Positions 32,501-45,025 of a stretch of 64,000 nucleotides of DNA are shown in pieces. Source of the stretch: Haliotis rubra (lineage: Eukaryota); NCBI RefSeq assembly GCF_003918875.1, contig NW_025767358.1:558001-622000 (forward strand), read 5' to 3'. The notes under the pieces are model-generated. The model saw nothing but the letters and a program-made list of their open reading frames with translations, did no database searches and was not told the DNA's origin. Position 1 is the stretch's first letter; every line of letters begins with the position of its first letter. Position numbers and translations under genes: made by a program.

Positions 32501-35500
32501 TACAAACTGACTCTATAATCCTGACATCTTAACAGAAATCTGCCATATAGTTACAAAACACAATGTATCAGAGCGCACCATTACCACGAAAATAGGATAC
32601 AGTTTTGCACGTGACCAAATAATTGAACATTCCTTGAATTGCAAAAATACTCTGAAAATAGTATAATACACCGCCACAAACATGGGTATATTATAAGAGT
32701 GACATTTGTACCTGAAGAGTGCATCTCGACCATCTCTGAAACTTCAACATTCAATATATACTTGCTCTAAACAAACTCCTTTTTGACCATCGCGGGTCAC
32801 TCATGCGCTCGCTCGCAGTAAACTTTTTACAGCCAGGGAGCATCTATTGTATCAAATGTCAACGACTTAAGCCACTACTACCATGTATCTACAGTCAGAG
32901 AACTTAACTACTGGTCAAATAAAGATATTATTCCAAACTAGTACACAAAATGCAAAATACTGCTGCACATTTCCTGACTAGAAACAATTCTGCAAAATAT
33001 TAGGATTACATCAGGGAAAACCAAACAAATTGTAGTCATGACCACACTAAATATACACTATTAGTCTCAAAAACCAAAACAGTTACAACATAATAAGACT
33101 GTCTGCATGGTATTCCATAATACCAATCTACATGATAAAAATGACAAGCTCTTTATACTGACACACAAACAAAACTAACCATAGCAGAATAATTCAGGTG
33201 CAATCTAGCCTTTAGTCAACATGTAATATTATTCCAAACAAGGACCATACACTACCATTGAGAAAGACGTCATCCTTGAGGCACCTGAGTGGCATCTGTT
33301 GGTCTATGGTATCAAAGGCCGCCCAAAAATCTAACAGTACCAGGAGGCCAACATTACCACTGTCAATACCACATCTAAGGTCGTTGAGGACTTTCAATAG
33401 GGCTGTCTCCGTACTGTGTTTAGGACGGTATGCCGATTGGAAAGGCTCGTACAAGGATCAGACGAGAGGATAACAGACGTATTGCTTGCTGACAAGAACA
33501 GTAGAGAAGACAGGGGCTATTCTTGAAATGCTTTGATTGAACAAAAATGTTGCAGATATTGTAATCCATAGGAATGAATTGTATATTACAGTGTGATGTT
33601 CAGAATGTTTTATGTTTGAATAAATCTATCACTCATTATGATGGCTGATGGGTGCACTGCAGTCTCTAAACCGATGGAAAAGCGTTACTAGTATCCTCTA
33701 AGGTTTAGATGATTTTCAGAACAAAATACATCGTTTTAAAACGCAATATTCCTCTCAAAGGTTCAGCATGTGCAATGGGTACATGCATCTTGTTTTGTAT
33801 CTTTCTCTTAATTTCTCGAAATGATTTTATGCATAATGACTTAGGTTGTTTTGCGTCTCAATTTTAGTGACTTAGGTCATTCTGCCAGAAAACGGAAATT
33901 CAAGAATCAGTTTTGCCTTCATAATTCTGAATATTTATGAAACAAAATTAAAGTAAAGCACAATACATTTATCCCATCATGCAAGTCTAACCAAGAAAAC
34001 AAACACGGTTTCCCAGTAGTTTTCAAGATACAGGTTTTTCGTCTCTCCTGATACCCTACAAAAGGGACTTAGGTCGTATTGCTCCTCATCCCTTTACTTT
34101 GTCAATGGGAAAGCTTAAAGAATGATTACCTGTGTCCTGCATATTTTGTGTTGCTGTGGTACAGCTGATCCCAAGTGAAAATCCATGGTGCATCATGATC
34201 AAAGAGAAATCAAGAAACCGCTTTTTCTATAGATTCTATTACAATACCATTTACATTTGAAATGCTTTTCTGAGCTTATTGTCATTTTAATTCATTTGAA
34301 GGGACGCTGTACCAAACGTACATGTAATTGTTTCACTTCTAACTCTAAATTTAGTACTATATTCATTCCTTTTATTCAGTGGACTGAAAACCCAAGTCAC
34401 CATGGTTATCCAGACACCACCTATCTCCAGGACCATACTTTCCAGCGAAGGACATTTCTAACATATGTGCAACAATTGCAATACTTTGGGCCTCACACCA
34501 CCAACATGGTCTGGGGAATGAAAGGTTTCTCAAGTCATTAAATCCTTTTAAAGACGTTTATGAAAAAAGCTTTTTTACATTTTTTTTTGAAAGATAACTA
34601 TAGGGAGAACACGGGACAAACCCATTTCACTGTGCTTAAACTTGAACTTACAGGTTTCACCTTACATTAGTCGAGTCACATGTTGATCTTCACGTCCCTG
34701 GAAGCAGATTACCACTTAACCTATGCACACGCATTAACGTTTAAAGTAGTTGAACACCCAATGAATATGCTCTACTTATGTTTTTACTTACAACATATGT
34801 TGCTTCCTTATAGGTCTCGCCTGGCCCGGCTGGATATATAAGTCTCAGCATAAAGATGTATTCCCAAACAACGTCAACGCTGCATCAGAGATGGTGTCGC
34901 TGATGGTCCAGAGCTGCAAGGACTACACAGGAGGACGCCTTCCTTACATATTTGAAGTCATCAATGAACCTGACGTGGACGAACAGTATATTGACCCACA
35001 ACTCAATATAGATTACCACAGGGCCGTCGCCGACAAACTGAAATCAAGATTTGGAATGAAAGTTGCCGGACCATCATACACCAGTATGGCATTACGACAA
35101 GCAGATTTAAATAACTTTAGCTACTGGAAGAGAACTGCTAAGTTTATGGACATGTCTCTTGATCACTTGGACTTTTTCTCTTTCCATTCCTACAACCATA
35201 TGAATGATGCAGCAGGTCACTCCTACTCTGGCATTAACGAAGATCGTTTATTTGCTTCTCTTGACATGGTGGAGAATTATTCTCATATCAAGATAGGAAA
35301 AGGTGTTCAGTTAGTTAACACTGAGTATGGACTAGGTTTAAATAACCTAGGCCTTGGGGCCAATTTTGAGAATGCCATGTCAGACTTTCAGACAATATAT
35401 CAAGCAAACGGTTTCATGTTTTCTTTCCTTAACCTGAGAGAGTTTATGGACAGAGCTACCGTGTTTCTTCTTTCAAATGAACTATACCCAGGTCATACTT

Positions 35501-36279
35501 CCCTTCGGAATTCCCTATTTACCACTGATGGTCATCCCCTTGAGCCAACCAAATTCTTCCTGTTTTGGAAAAACTTTATCAATATTCAAAAGTTTCTCCG
35601 GGTATCTAGTCAACACAATGGACAGGAGAGAACAGTTTCACCACTTGCCCTTGCAAACCCCCACACCAAAGAGATGGTAGTTCTCCTCCACAATTTTGGC
35701 AATAAATCAGAGAATGTAAAACTGGACTTCCCCAACAACTGGATCAATCCTTCTTCAGGTGAGCAGACATGTATCCTGTTCGAAAAGGGTAAGACAGCCG
35801 TTCATAGCGATAGCCATTTTGACAGGTCTAAGCTTCATGGCAGTGTCGCACTTCCTGCAACATCAACCTGCTTCTACAAGTTTAAAACCAACTACATCTT
35901 TAGCAAAATACACTCAGATAATCAGAATACATACTATGGCAAGAACATGCTCATCCCCATCAGCAACGGACGTGCACAGACAACTATCGGTGTACCGAGC
36001 TCTGGCTACCATGAGGCTCATCTTAGAGTGGGAATTAGTCGAGGCAGGACTCATACTACAAAACCTAAGACAGTTGTGTTTAATGGTCACACTTTGTCTT
36101 CTAGCTACATGTTATTTGATGCTATGAAAACTCAAAGCAAAAGGAAAACAAACTGGAACGTATGGGAGTTCGTGGTCCCTGAATCACTGGTGAAAACAAC
36201 CAACACCGTCAGCATGACATTTGATGGGGACGGTGGCAGCGTGACATCCGTTGCTCTCGTTGCAGGAAAACTTCAGTGA
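29520..36279 (+). CDS. Secreted GH86-like beta-porphyranase/agarase, copy 3 (3 exons, 614 aa)
   Basis: Exons 29520-29753, 34380-34524, 34814-36279, GT-AG introns, open frame. Signal peptide MFLPVLCTLLLWGSAFS, FEVINEP and VNTEYG present. Confidence 0.88.
30256..30586 (-). mobile_element. Second V-SINE-like copy (intron 1 of copy 3)
   Basis: Aligns end to end with 14833-15180. Confidence 0.7.
31690..32115 (-). mobile_element. L2/CR1-group LINE RT fragment
   Basis: GVPQGLVLGPVLFTLY and YADDT motifs. Confidence 0.75.
33245..33455 (-). mobile_element. L2/CR1-group LINE RT fragment (upstream part of the same RT)
   Basis: QSAYRPKHSTETALLKVLNDL...LVLLDFWAAFDTID. Confidence 0.75.
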
Positions 36280-36284
36280 ATAAA
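36279..36284 (+). terminator. Polyadenylation signal overlapping stop, copy 3
   Basis: TGAATAAA. Confidence 0.6.
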
Positions 36285-37804
36285 TGTTCTTGAAAAACAC
36301 TTTGCTTGTGTTGATTCCCACATGATATGCAGCAAATTGGTGATAGGGGATACAGATCCTGACTTGGTTGATGTGTCGTATTGTCATACTGTATGGTGGC
36401 AATGTGACATCCTTCAGTGAATACAGTCTCTTGAGGAATACTCTGTTTTGATTCGAGTGGAATGAATCGGAAAGGTGACTAGTTGTAAATGATTACAGAT
36501 CCTAGAGGATGCAGTAATGTTTCTGAGACACAAAACGTAACTATTTATTGACAATAACTTTTCGTACATTGCACAGAGTGATGATTTGAAGCACATTTTG
36601 ACACCTTTATCAAGCCAAACATGATCACTTTCATTATGATACGATATACAGAATATAATCGGTGCAATACTGCTTTCTGTTTAACTCCATACTCATACTT
36701 TTTTCACATTATGGCTGAAATAATGCCGATGTGACAAATCGTAACGTATTCAGCCATACTCATAATCCTGTCGCCTGTGCAGAATATGGCTCGGACAAGA
36801 CCCATTTAACGAGAAGTTTGTAAATGAACGACACTTTATTAATCGTTGACATGCATGACATGTTCAGTTAACGTGATTGGTTTCGCGAAAACACCGCCAC
36901 ATGTACCTATCTTTAAATTATGAAACTGTATGTAATGTAGTAATATACCTGTAGTTGTAGGTATGGACAGTGGCATTGAACTGTCGTACATGTGTTTCAC
37001 TTGGAACCTAGAAACTAAATGTGGTCGTTGGTGACTCTAAATACTGTATGTCACAAGTCTTTTTCCTTAAATAAATTAATGAAGTGATACAATCGTAAAA
37101 CATTTATCTTCTTTGAGGCCCTTGTCAATGGGAACAGCTACACGTGCACAACATGCACAACATCGCACACTTCCTTGACTGCAAAGACAAAAATCAGGTT
37201 CCTCTCCTCTTCAGAATAAGCTTGCTTTTATAGTTGTGATCCCAGTTTGTAGGAGGCTGCTCACGGTGTTAGGTGACGCTTGTCAAAAACAGAGAAGTTA
37301 TGTTTCTTGCCATTTGTAGACATGCATGTCTTGTACCAAACTGAGAATAGTAGCACATGCATTTGAAGTACCGGAGCAAAGGGTTGGATGCGTAAACGAT
37401 TTAGGTTTTCCCACGAACCACGTTTTTAAAAGCCATGATTGCCGTAATTAATGGGATGTCCGTCGCTGACTTGGTTGATGTGTCATCGTATTGTGAATAC
37501 ACAGACCGATGCTCATGCTCCAGATACGATATGCCGACTGCTGTCATCTGTAATGTATATGTGATGCACATAACGATATTTATTACCTACGAGGGCGAAA
37601 ATATCGGGGTTCATATTGTTCATACTATGTCCTAGGGCAAAATATCACTTTGTCATGGTGACGTGACGTCATGAACAAAGCTTTGACGTCACGTTTCTTC
37701 TATGACGTTGCGTTCTACAAGCAGCGACGGCGGGTTGCCAGCCTGTGTTTGAAAGCAGATTTGGGTTTATTTTTCTCAATTTGACGACTTCGGTAATAAA
37801 TAGA

Positions 37805-37955
37805 ATATCATATTTGTGCCCGTATCATTCTTTGTTTACGACGCTCGTGCCTAAATATCAGTATATCCCTCACTCTCACTCGGGAAATACCAACATTTAG
37901 GCACTCGTGTCGTAAACATAGTATGACATGGCACTCATTTAATATCCTCTATATA
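37805..37955. repeat. Hairpin-forming inverted repeat (end of a non-autonomous DNA element)
   Basis: TGTTTACGAC...GTGCCTAAAT / ATTTAGGCAC...GTCGTAAACA. Confidence 0.55.
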
Positions 37956-38009
37956 TTCAACACTCAAAAATGTCCAGCACATCCACTAGCATGAAACGAT
38001 TCTTTCTTC

Positions 38010-38168
38010 GTTTGTTTGTTGTTTAAAGCCGCACTCAGCAGTGTTCCGCCTACATGATGGTAGTCTGTAAACAATTGAATCTGGACCAGACAATGCAGTG
38101 ATTAGCATCATAAACATCGACCGACGCAATTGGGATATGACGTCATGGGTTAACCTCGTCAGCGAGCC
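38010..38168 (-). mobile_element. Retroposon family A copy, truncated
   Basis: Diverged alignment to the 3' two-thirds of the family. Confidence 0.7.
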
Positions 38169-40183
38169 TCTTACTGACATGAGATTATTACTAAGTTACT
38201 AATTGCACAATATTATCATGCTTTTTACTAACTGCATTGTCCATAGTCTGTCAATGTAGTAATATAACACAGACCAGATGCCTTAGATACAATCTACCAT
38301 ATAGATTTCGACAGAATTGACCGACTGTTATGTCATAACTGGATATCCTGAAAAGTGCACTTTCAAGCTAAGAAAATTAACTGACATAATACGAATGTTT
38401 AACCTAAAATGAAAGGCCGTGTCATTCAGTTGGAGGCAAAGACATAATCACATCGTGTCTCACCTGCTGGACAGCGCTACACATAGTATGCAGTAATTGC
38501 CATTAGATGTAAATAAATTTCTGTCACCTCCATTCCCTATTTTTGACCTTGAACATCTCTTTCACGAAACCAGAAAGTTAAATTCTGTTCAATCAATCAA
38601 TTCTCTAAACAAGTATAAAGGCATTTAGCTGACCTTTGGAAGTCTAAGGAGACTCAATACGTTTTAGAGCCAGAATATATAGGTGAGATACTTTTGTATC
38701 CCTATACACAACTTTTCCTTCTTAAGGTCACCCTCTGTGGCATTTTGCAAGTGAATCACAACTCTGATTCTTTGGGGAATTTTTGATAAGACAGCGATTA
38801 TTGGCACTTGTGGGAACTTAAATAAACAGTGTGTGTTATCCTGACATATTTTTACATACATGTAATACAATATAATTACAAAATGTCTTGAAACTAAATG
38901 TATGACATGTACATCGATGAAGGAGTTGTACATCGATGCCTTGTGAGCCTCGTTTCCTGTATTGACATCTATCGATTCTACTGATGACCACTGTCCTAAC
39001 CTTTATGAACCTCATTGATTAATGGCGTAATTTGTGCATATTAATGAGCTAATTAATGATGCGGAATTGTAGGTTTTCCCAGCAGAAATTGTATATCTCA
39101 TGAAAAATTACGTGAAAAATGTATAATGGCAATTTTCATACCTGTTAATTTTCTAAATATTTGCAACCTTACTTCAAGTGAGGAATTTGTTTACACCAAG
39201 TTAATTTACAGCTGCTGACCATCTGACTGAATCTAGCGTTACTGTCAAAGTTTAGTAGATCCCGTTAGACTCTCCTTGAAGTTCATATTCCTTACTGACC
39301 AAGTATACGTCAACTCTAAATACAATCAGTGCTAACAGTGTCATTTAAATATTCTGTTTTAACTGGTTATTTTTTATGCCTTGTAAATGTCACTGGATCG
39401 CGCTGTACATAGTTAGGAAACGACAAAAGTTTTTTATCTTTGTTATGAGAATGTGTTTTTGTTAGTCATAATGTCACATTAATTGACTTTTAGTTATAGT
39501 GGGTTACAAAAGTTTGAAGCGCTGAGAGTGACGTGACGTGACAGAATCCGCATGCTGAGAAAGCCTTTAACTGAGTTAAACGATATCAGAACAACTTTCA
39601 GTCTGGCTTATATCTCTAAAATGTACAGCATCCCTCATATACGTGTCAATGCAATTTCAAATTTTATTCGTACAAATCATGAAAATTGCCTGCTGTGCAT
39701 TAGCAAATCCTTGAGATTTGAAATTTCTTTGATCATGGTTTTAGTAGGGCAGCCTTGTTCCACGCTTGAATCGACTACGAACAAGCAATACTGTTATTGT
39801 AAATAATTTGTGCATACTTCCACTAAGCAATGAAGACAATGAAACTGATCTGGGTTGTAGTTTGGTGTTGTTGCTATGGAAATCAAGGGTAGATAATTCA
39901 AAGTGAGCTAACTCTGGATGAACCAATACATTGCAGAATCTGAACCATATCGTGATAATCATATCGCGAGATACTGTACCGGTATATATCGGTTTACTGG
40001 TAATATTGCACATCCCTAGTGCGGAGTCAAACTCCAGACTGGTAGTAAGTGTCAGAATAATATCTTTGATCTTGATGGAATATTGCCAAAAGATACATAA
40101 AAATTAATTCATTGATTGATTCTGTTAATACAGTCGTCAGAATTAGACCACGCTAAACAGAATAATATACTATATATCATTAA

Positions 40184-43017
40184 GTCATTAAGGCCGAGAG
40201 ACACGTACATGTATATGGGGCAAATTAATCAGCTCCTCACAGCGAGTGACGTGTTTATTGGGCAGGTAATTGGCAGTTTCTTACAGCGAGAGCCACACAT
40301 ATCCGTCAACAGAAAGTATTCAGCGAGAGACGCACTTTTAAAAATCGTACTGTACCTATTATTTCAACCAATTTAGTACTACTGAGCAAATATTAGCTTT
40401 TCTTACGAGATATCCTACCTTTAGTGTCAACCAGAAGAAGTATTTAAATTGTTTTGATAGCAATTGCTAATCATTATCATAGTCTTGTACAGCGCTTGGC
40501 TAGTGAACACATGTCGGCGAGAAAGGGGGATTATGATGTTTTTACAGAGGTAAATGTCTGGTACTCTTCATTGGGAATGGATACTAAAATACTTCTTATG
40601 CACATTGATTGAATTAGATGTAATGATTCAGAGGTCACTGAAGAATATATTTTCTTCAACTTCCTAATAAATAGGAAACAATATACGAAATTTCAAGGAC
40701 ATACAAAGAAATCAAACACAATAGAATAATTTGAATTTACTTTTAGATAATATTACGTTGTCATGTTTCATATATTGAAACATAATGTATAAACACAAAT
40801 AATTATACATCCAAGCTCGAATAGAGTAGACATAATTTAACGTACTAACTTAAAGCTTACTGAATTGTAACTAGTTATTTTCCATAATCTAAAGTTGATA
40901 ATGTTACCTAATCGAATATAAAGTGATAAGTCGCCCCTTTGCATCGAATATATATACATGTCAATGTTATTACAATAATGGGGGCGGTGGGGTAGCCTAG
41001 TGGTTAAAGCGTTGGCTCGTCACGCCGAAGACCCGGGTTCGAATCCCCACATGGGTACAATGTGTGAAGCCCATTTCTGGTGTCCCCCGCCGTGATGTTG
41101 CTGGAATATTGCTAAAAGCGGCGTAAAACCAAACTCAGTCAGTCAGTACAATAATGAAATCTTTTACTACGTGTGTTATAAAACACAGTAAGTTAGTAAT
41201 TCAAAAAATTCTCACACATAGACAGAAGTAATATCATAAGTTATTACATGTAAACCATACAAAGGTATTTCAAGCATTTTTGTTCAAGCTGTTGAAAGTT
41301 TCATGCTGATTTGAATTGTCAGTTTTCTATGCAATTTACATGAGCACTGTGTAAAACATTTGTATTTGATCTCTGTAATTATCAAATCCGGTGTAATTAT
41401 CACGTGTATCAATGAACTCAGTCTCTTTTGATCCATCGTCAATAAAAGCTGGATAGTATATCAGTTACGGTCTCGATACACATGCGTATAATCATTCAAG
41501 CAGATTACAGTAATGAGATAATTGAACACCTCTTTCGGCCTTGAAATAACAGCCTCCGGTAGAATGCATATGTAGTTACGTCCTTGTTGAAATGTTTGTC
41601 CAGTGACAAGTGTAAAATAAACAGATGCGATGTTATATCATTGGACAACCTGCTTTATGGAGTCATTCCCCTCTCTGTAATGTTTATGCATGCATGCACA
41701 TCTGTAATCTTATGAACCTCGTTTGCATTCAGCATAAATATCGGCACCTTCATAAATATTGTGGGGGGGGGGGGGTCAACTTCAAGTTTACACACTATAA
41801 TAATTCAGTATAGTGTCATTTCGTGAATTCTGTAATACGTGTACTTTAGTTTGTACATTCGTATCAAGGTGAAGATTATATTTACATGTTCAGCAAATCA
41901 TTATGTTTTATGTACTAGTTGTGTGCGTAAATTTTTTATGAAAATATATACTATCTATACTCAATGCTTGGATTTCAATCGCTTTGTTTTACTTATCGAA
42001 AAACATTAAAATGAGGACAATTAAACTCGCCAAAGTGTCTATCTACTCCTATTTGTCTTATGTGTATATTTCAAACATCGTTACCAGTGTGTATGTTTAC
42101 AATACACAAACTGTTACATGATAGCTTGAGTTGATAAAGCCGAAACCCAGCATATCGACTGGTCAACGATATAGCCAATAATCAATCTCTATCCAAGCTG
42201 TTGAGTGACCAAACATGCTCTTCAGAAATTCGCCCACGCCCCATCACCTGTCCTTTCCTCTGTGACAGGTATCTCATGATACGATTGGTCACAGATAACA
42301 TATGCCCAGCCACTATATTGAACAGTTGAGATACCGAACGTTCTATTCGGGAAATTTGATGACGCCCTATCACGTGGCTCTTTGTTTTATGTCTATGCAA
42401 GGAATATGTAGTCTTTGATATGTATGTTTGTATGGTCACGTGTGTTTTCTGCATTAAATCTAGATGGAAAAAGTGCCAAGCTATGAATGTGCTTTATGTC
42501 AGTCACAGACTAGCGTAATAGTACTTTCATTAAAATAATTCGTATGCACTCGGCAAAAACGCTATTTTCGTCGAAGATTATAAAGTATGTAAGTAAATCC
42601 TCTCTACAGTATGTCATTGTCATAGATGTTTTGTAAAATTAAACCTCACACAATGATATGAGAGAGAGAATTTGTTTATATGTGTGTTTCATCTCTTACA
42701 TACAAAGAATACATGCATATGTTGATAAAATATAAATGTACAAGCCGCCAAAAGTCTATAAGAGAAACTTGCAATAAAATTACATAAAACTTTGTAATAC
42801 ATGATATGTATTCACACCTGCTTTCTTTCTACATATTTCTTTACGACACAATTAAACAATCAGGACTTCTTTGTACGACTAGACAGTTTCCTGTCATCGC
42901 CGAAACCTGCCAGGGAAATCAGGTGTTATTAGCACTAATTAGTCTCGGCACAGCGAGTGGGTAATCAGCGAGGGGTTCCAGGTGCTGAGTAGTGAGGTGG
43001 CTCTCAGGCTTAATGAG
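40184..43017. mobile_element. Non-autonomous TTAA-flanked (piggyBac-like) DNA element, ~2.8 kb
   Basis: TTAA at 40180-83 and 43018-21; imperfect TIRs TCATTAAGGCCGAGAG / CTCTCAGGCTTAATGAG; second partial copy at 49767-50905. Confidence 0.7.
40981..41146 (+). mobile_element. tRNA-SINE family C, full length, 10-bp TSD
   Basis: A box TAGCCTAGTGG, B box GGTTCGAATCC, GTC in the anticodon-equivalent position; TSD TACAATAATG at 40971-80 and 41147-56. Confidence 0.88.
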
Positions 43018-43345
43018 TTAATGAAAGGTCAAGCTATTGGTAACACTATTTCTTAAAATTTGTAAAATCTTCGTTTATGCAAGTGAATGTTTTATAAACT
43101 TTCTTATCAGTATTGAAAAACACATCAGGCCTTTGAAATGTCATCATTACGTTTATTTAACGTCCGATACATACTGTTACAAATGGCATAGTTTTTATTC
43201 AAATTGTCAATATGGAAATCCACCTGCCACGTAATGTCAATAATTTGCACTTGCAAGTCGGTGTATCCATGGAAAGTGAAGGACAATACACATGCATTGG
43301 TGCTTTTTCACTGTTCAGGTACCTGTTTGAAATCGCAGCTTAAAA

Positions 43346-44215
43346 TGAGACGTGTTTTGACACCTGCTGAAAGGAGTCAGTCTATAGGCCTTTTGGAATC
43401 TGGTCAAACTCAGTGGCAGGTTGCCGTCCGCTTTAATGTGAGTCAAAGTGCTATTGGTAGACTGTGGCAGAGATTTCAAGCCATTGGGTCCGTGGAATAT
43501 GCGTATAATATGCATGTCGACCCTGAGTCACAACAGTCCAACACGATAGGCACATGATTAACACTGCGTTACGTAACAGATTCCTTAACGCAGCAGATGT
43601 TCAGACAGAACACTTCAATGTTAAGAATGTAAGGATATCCAGGAGCACCGTTCGTTGACGTTTAAGGACAGCCGGTCTCGTGTGTTCTTCACAGATGAAA
43701 GCTGATTCAATTTGTCCTTCCATGATGGTCGGCAGATGATTTATTGTCGCAATGGAGAGCGAATCCCAGATGCAACTGCGGCCACGCATAACTGATTTAG
43801 CGAGGGTTCGGTCATGGTTTGGGCAGGGATAACTCCTACAGGACGTACTCCACTGCACGTGTTCGACGGTAATCTTGCTGAACAGCTTCATTAGGACGCG
43901 ATTCTAGCTCCTATAGCAGTACCATTCCTGCAAGCTATGCATGACTTTTATGGTCGACCCTCTTTACTGCAAGACGAAAACGCTAGGCCCCATAGGGCCA
44001 GGATCGTCATGGAATCCCTTAGGCAGCAGAGTGTAGAGGGGATGGAGTGACCAGCATGCTCGCCAGACTTCAACCCAATTGAACATGCCTGGGATTAACT
44101 CAGTCGAGGAATGGCATACGATTCCACAAGGTTTCTTTATGAACGTCATAGGAGCATGAGAAGAAGGTGCACCTGTGTCGTGGATGCGCGACAAGATATT
44201 GATTGACCGAGTGCT
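43346..44215 (+). mobile_element. Decayed Tc1/mariner transposase
   Basis: HTH region VAVRFNVSQSAIGRLWQRF, LQDENARPH, PACSPDFNPIEHAWD; many stops; TIRs not resolved. Confidence 0.75.
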
Positions 44216-44319
44216 TAATGTTTGTCATTTTCATTTTGGGGGGTTGGTTATGATGACAATCTTAGTTCAATTGTTTCTGAGAAACATTTCTGTACATGTG
44301 CTCTTTTTCATTTGATAAG

Positions 44320-44720
44320 TCCCAAAACTTTCAAAGTTAAATTTAAGCTTACCAGATTTTTATACGTAGTATTTTTGATCTTTTAAAATTCAACTAAAAT
44401 CCTACAATCGCCAGCGGCTGAAGGGATATTGTAAATCCAACTAGGGTCCATGCAGGTAGCAAATGCACTGTATGTCCCCACGATTCCTATAGCTAGTATG
44501 GTGATCTACCTTCAGTTGTTGGCGATCTATAGCCTGTTTTTTATATTGCATCGTCTTCTATAGTTAAAGTATTTTAGATTTGATTACTAGTGTTAAATAC
44601 AAATCTGTAATAGTATAATTGGTTTTACTGTCCTTTGTCGACAGATATTTAAATTGATTACCTTGTTTTCATCGCTATATGGCTGTAATATTGCCGATGT
44701 AAAATTTTAACTCACTCACT
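44320..44720 (+). mobile_element. Nimb-LINE 3' UTR fragment
   Basis: Reverse complement of 25618-26040. Confidence 0.75.
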
Positions 44721-44809
44721 TTGAAATTTGACCCTGTGCTTATGGACAGCATGAACAAAAATTTAAAATCGTAAAAACCCTTGTGAATGATGCATTATGG
44801 TAGAAAAAT

Positions 44810-45025
44810 ACTTGACATAAAATCTGCCTGCTTCCCATTGGTAAGAGTTAAGATATTGCAAAACAAACTGAGAGAAACATTCCGTTGAGCACGAAACCTA
44901 TACTTTGTTTATTCATATCTAGATTGGTTTACTTAAGGAATGCCACCTGCTACCTTCCCATGCAGATTGTAGCAAACAGTTAAAACCCACGTTCGTGATC
45001 AGAAATATCATAACTTCAAAGCGGA
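44810..45025 (+). promoter_or_regulatory. Putative proximal promoter, copy 4
   Basis: Homologous to 29305-29519; TTAAAA at 44980-85. Confidence 0.45.

Noticed and set aside
40981-41055. tRNA-Asp(GTC)-like gene
   Set aside because: It is the head of a multi-copy SINE with a shared tail and TSD; the acceptor stem does not close properly.
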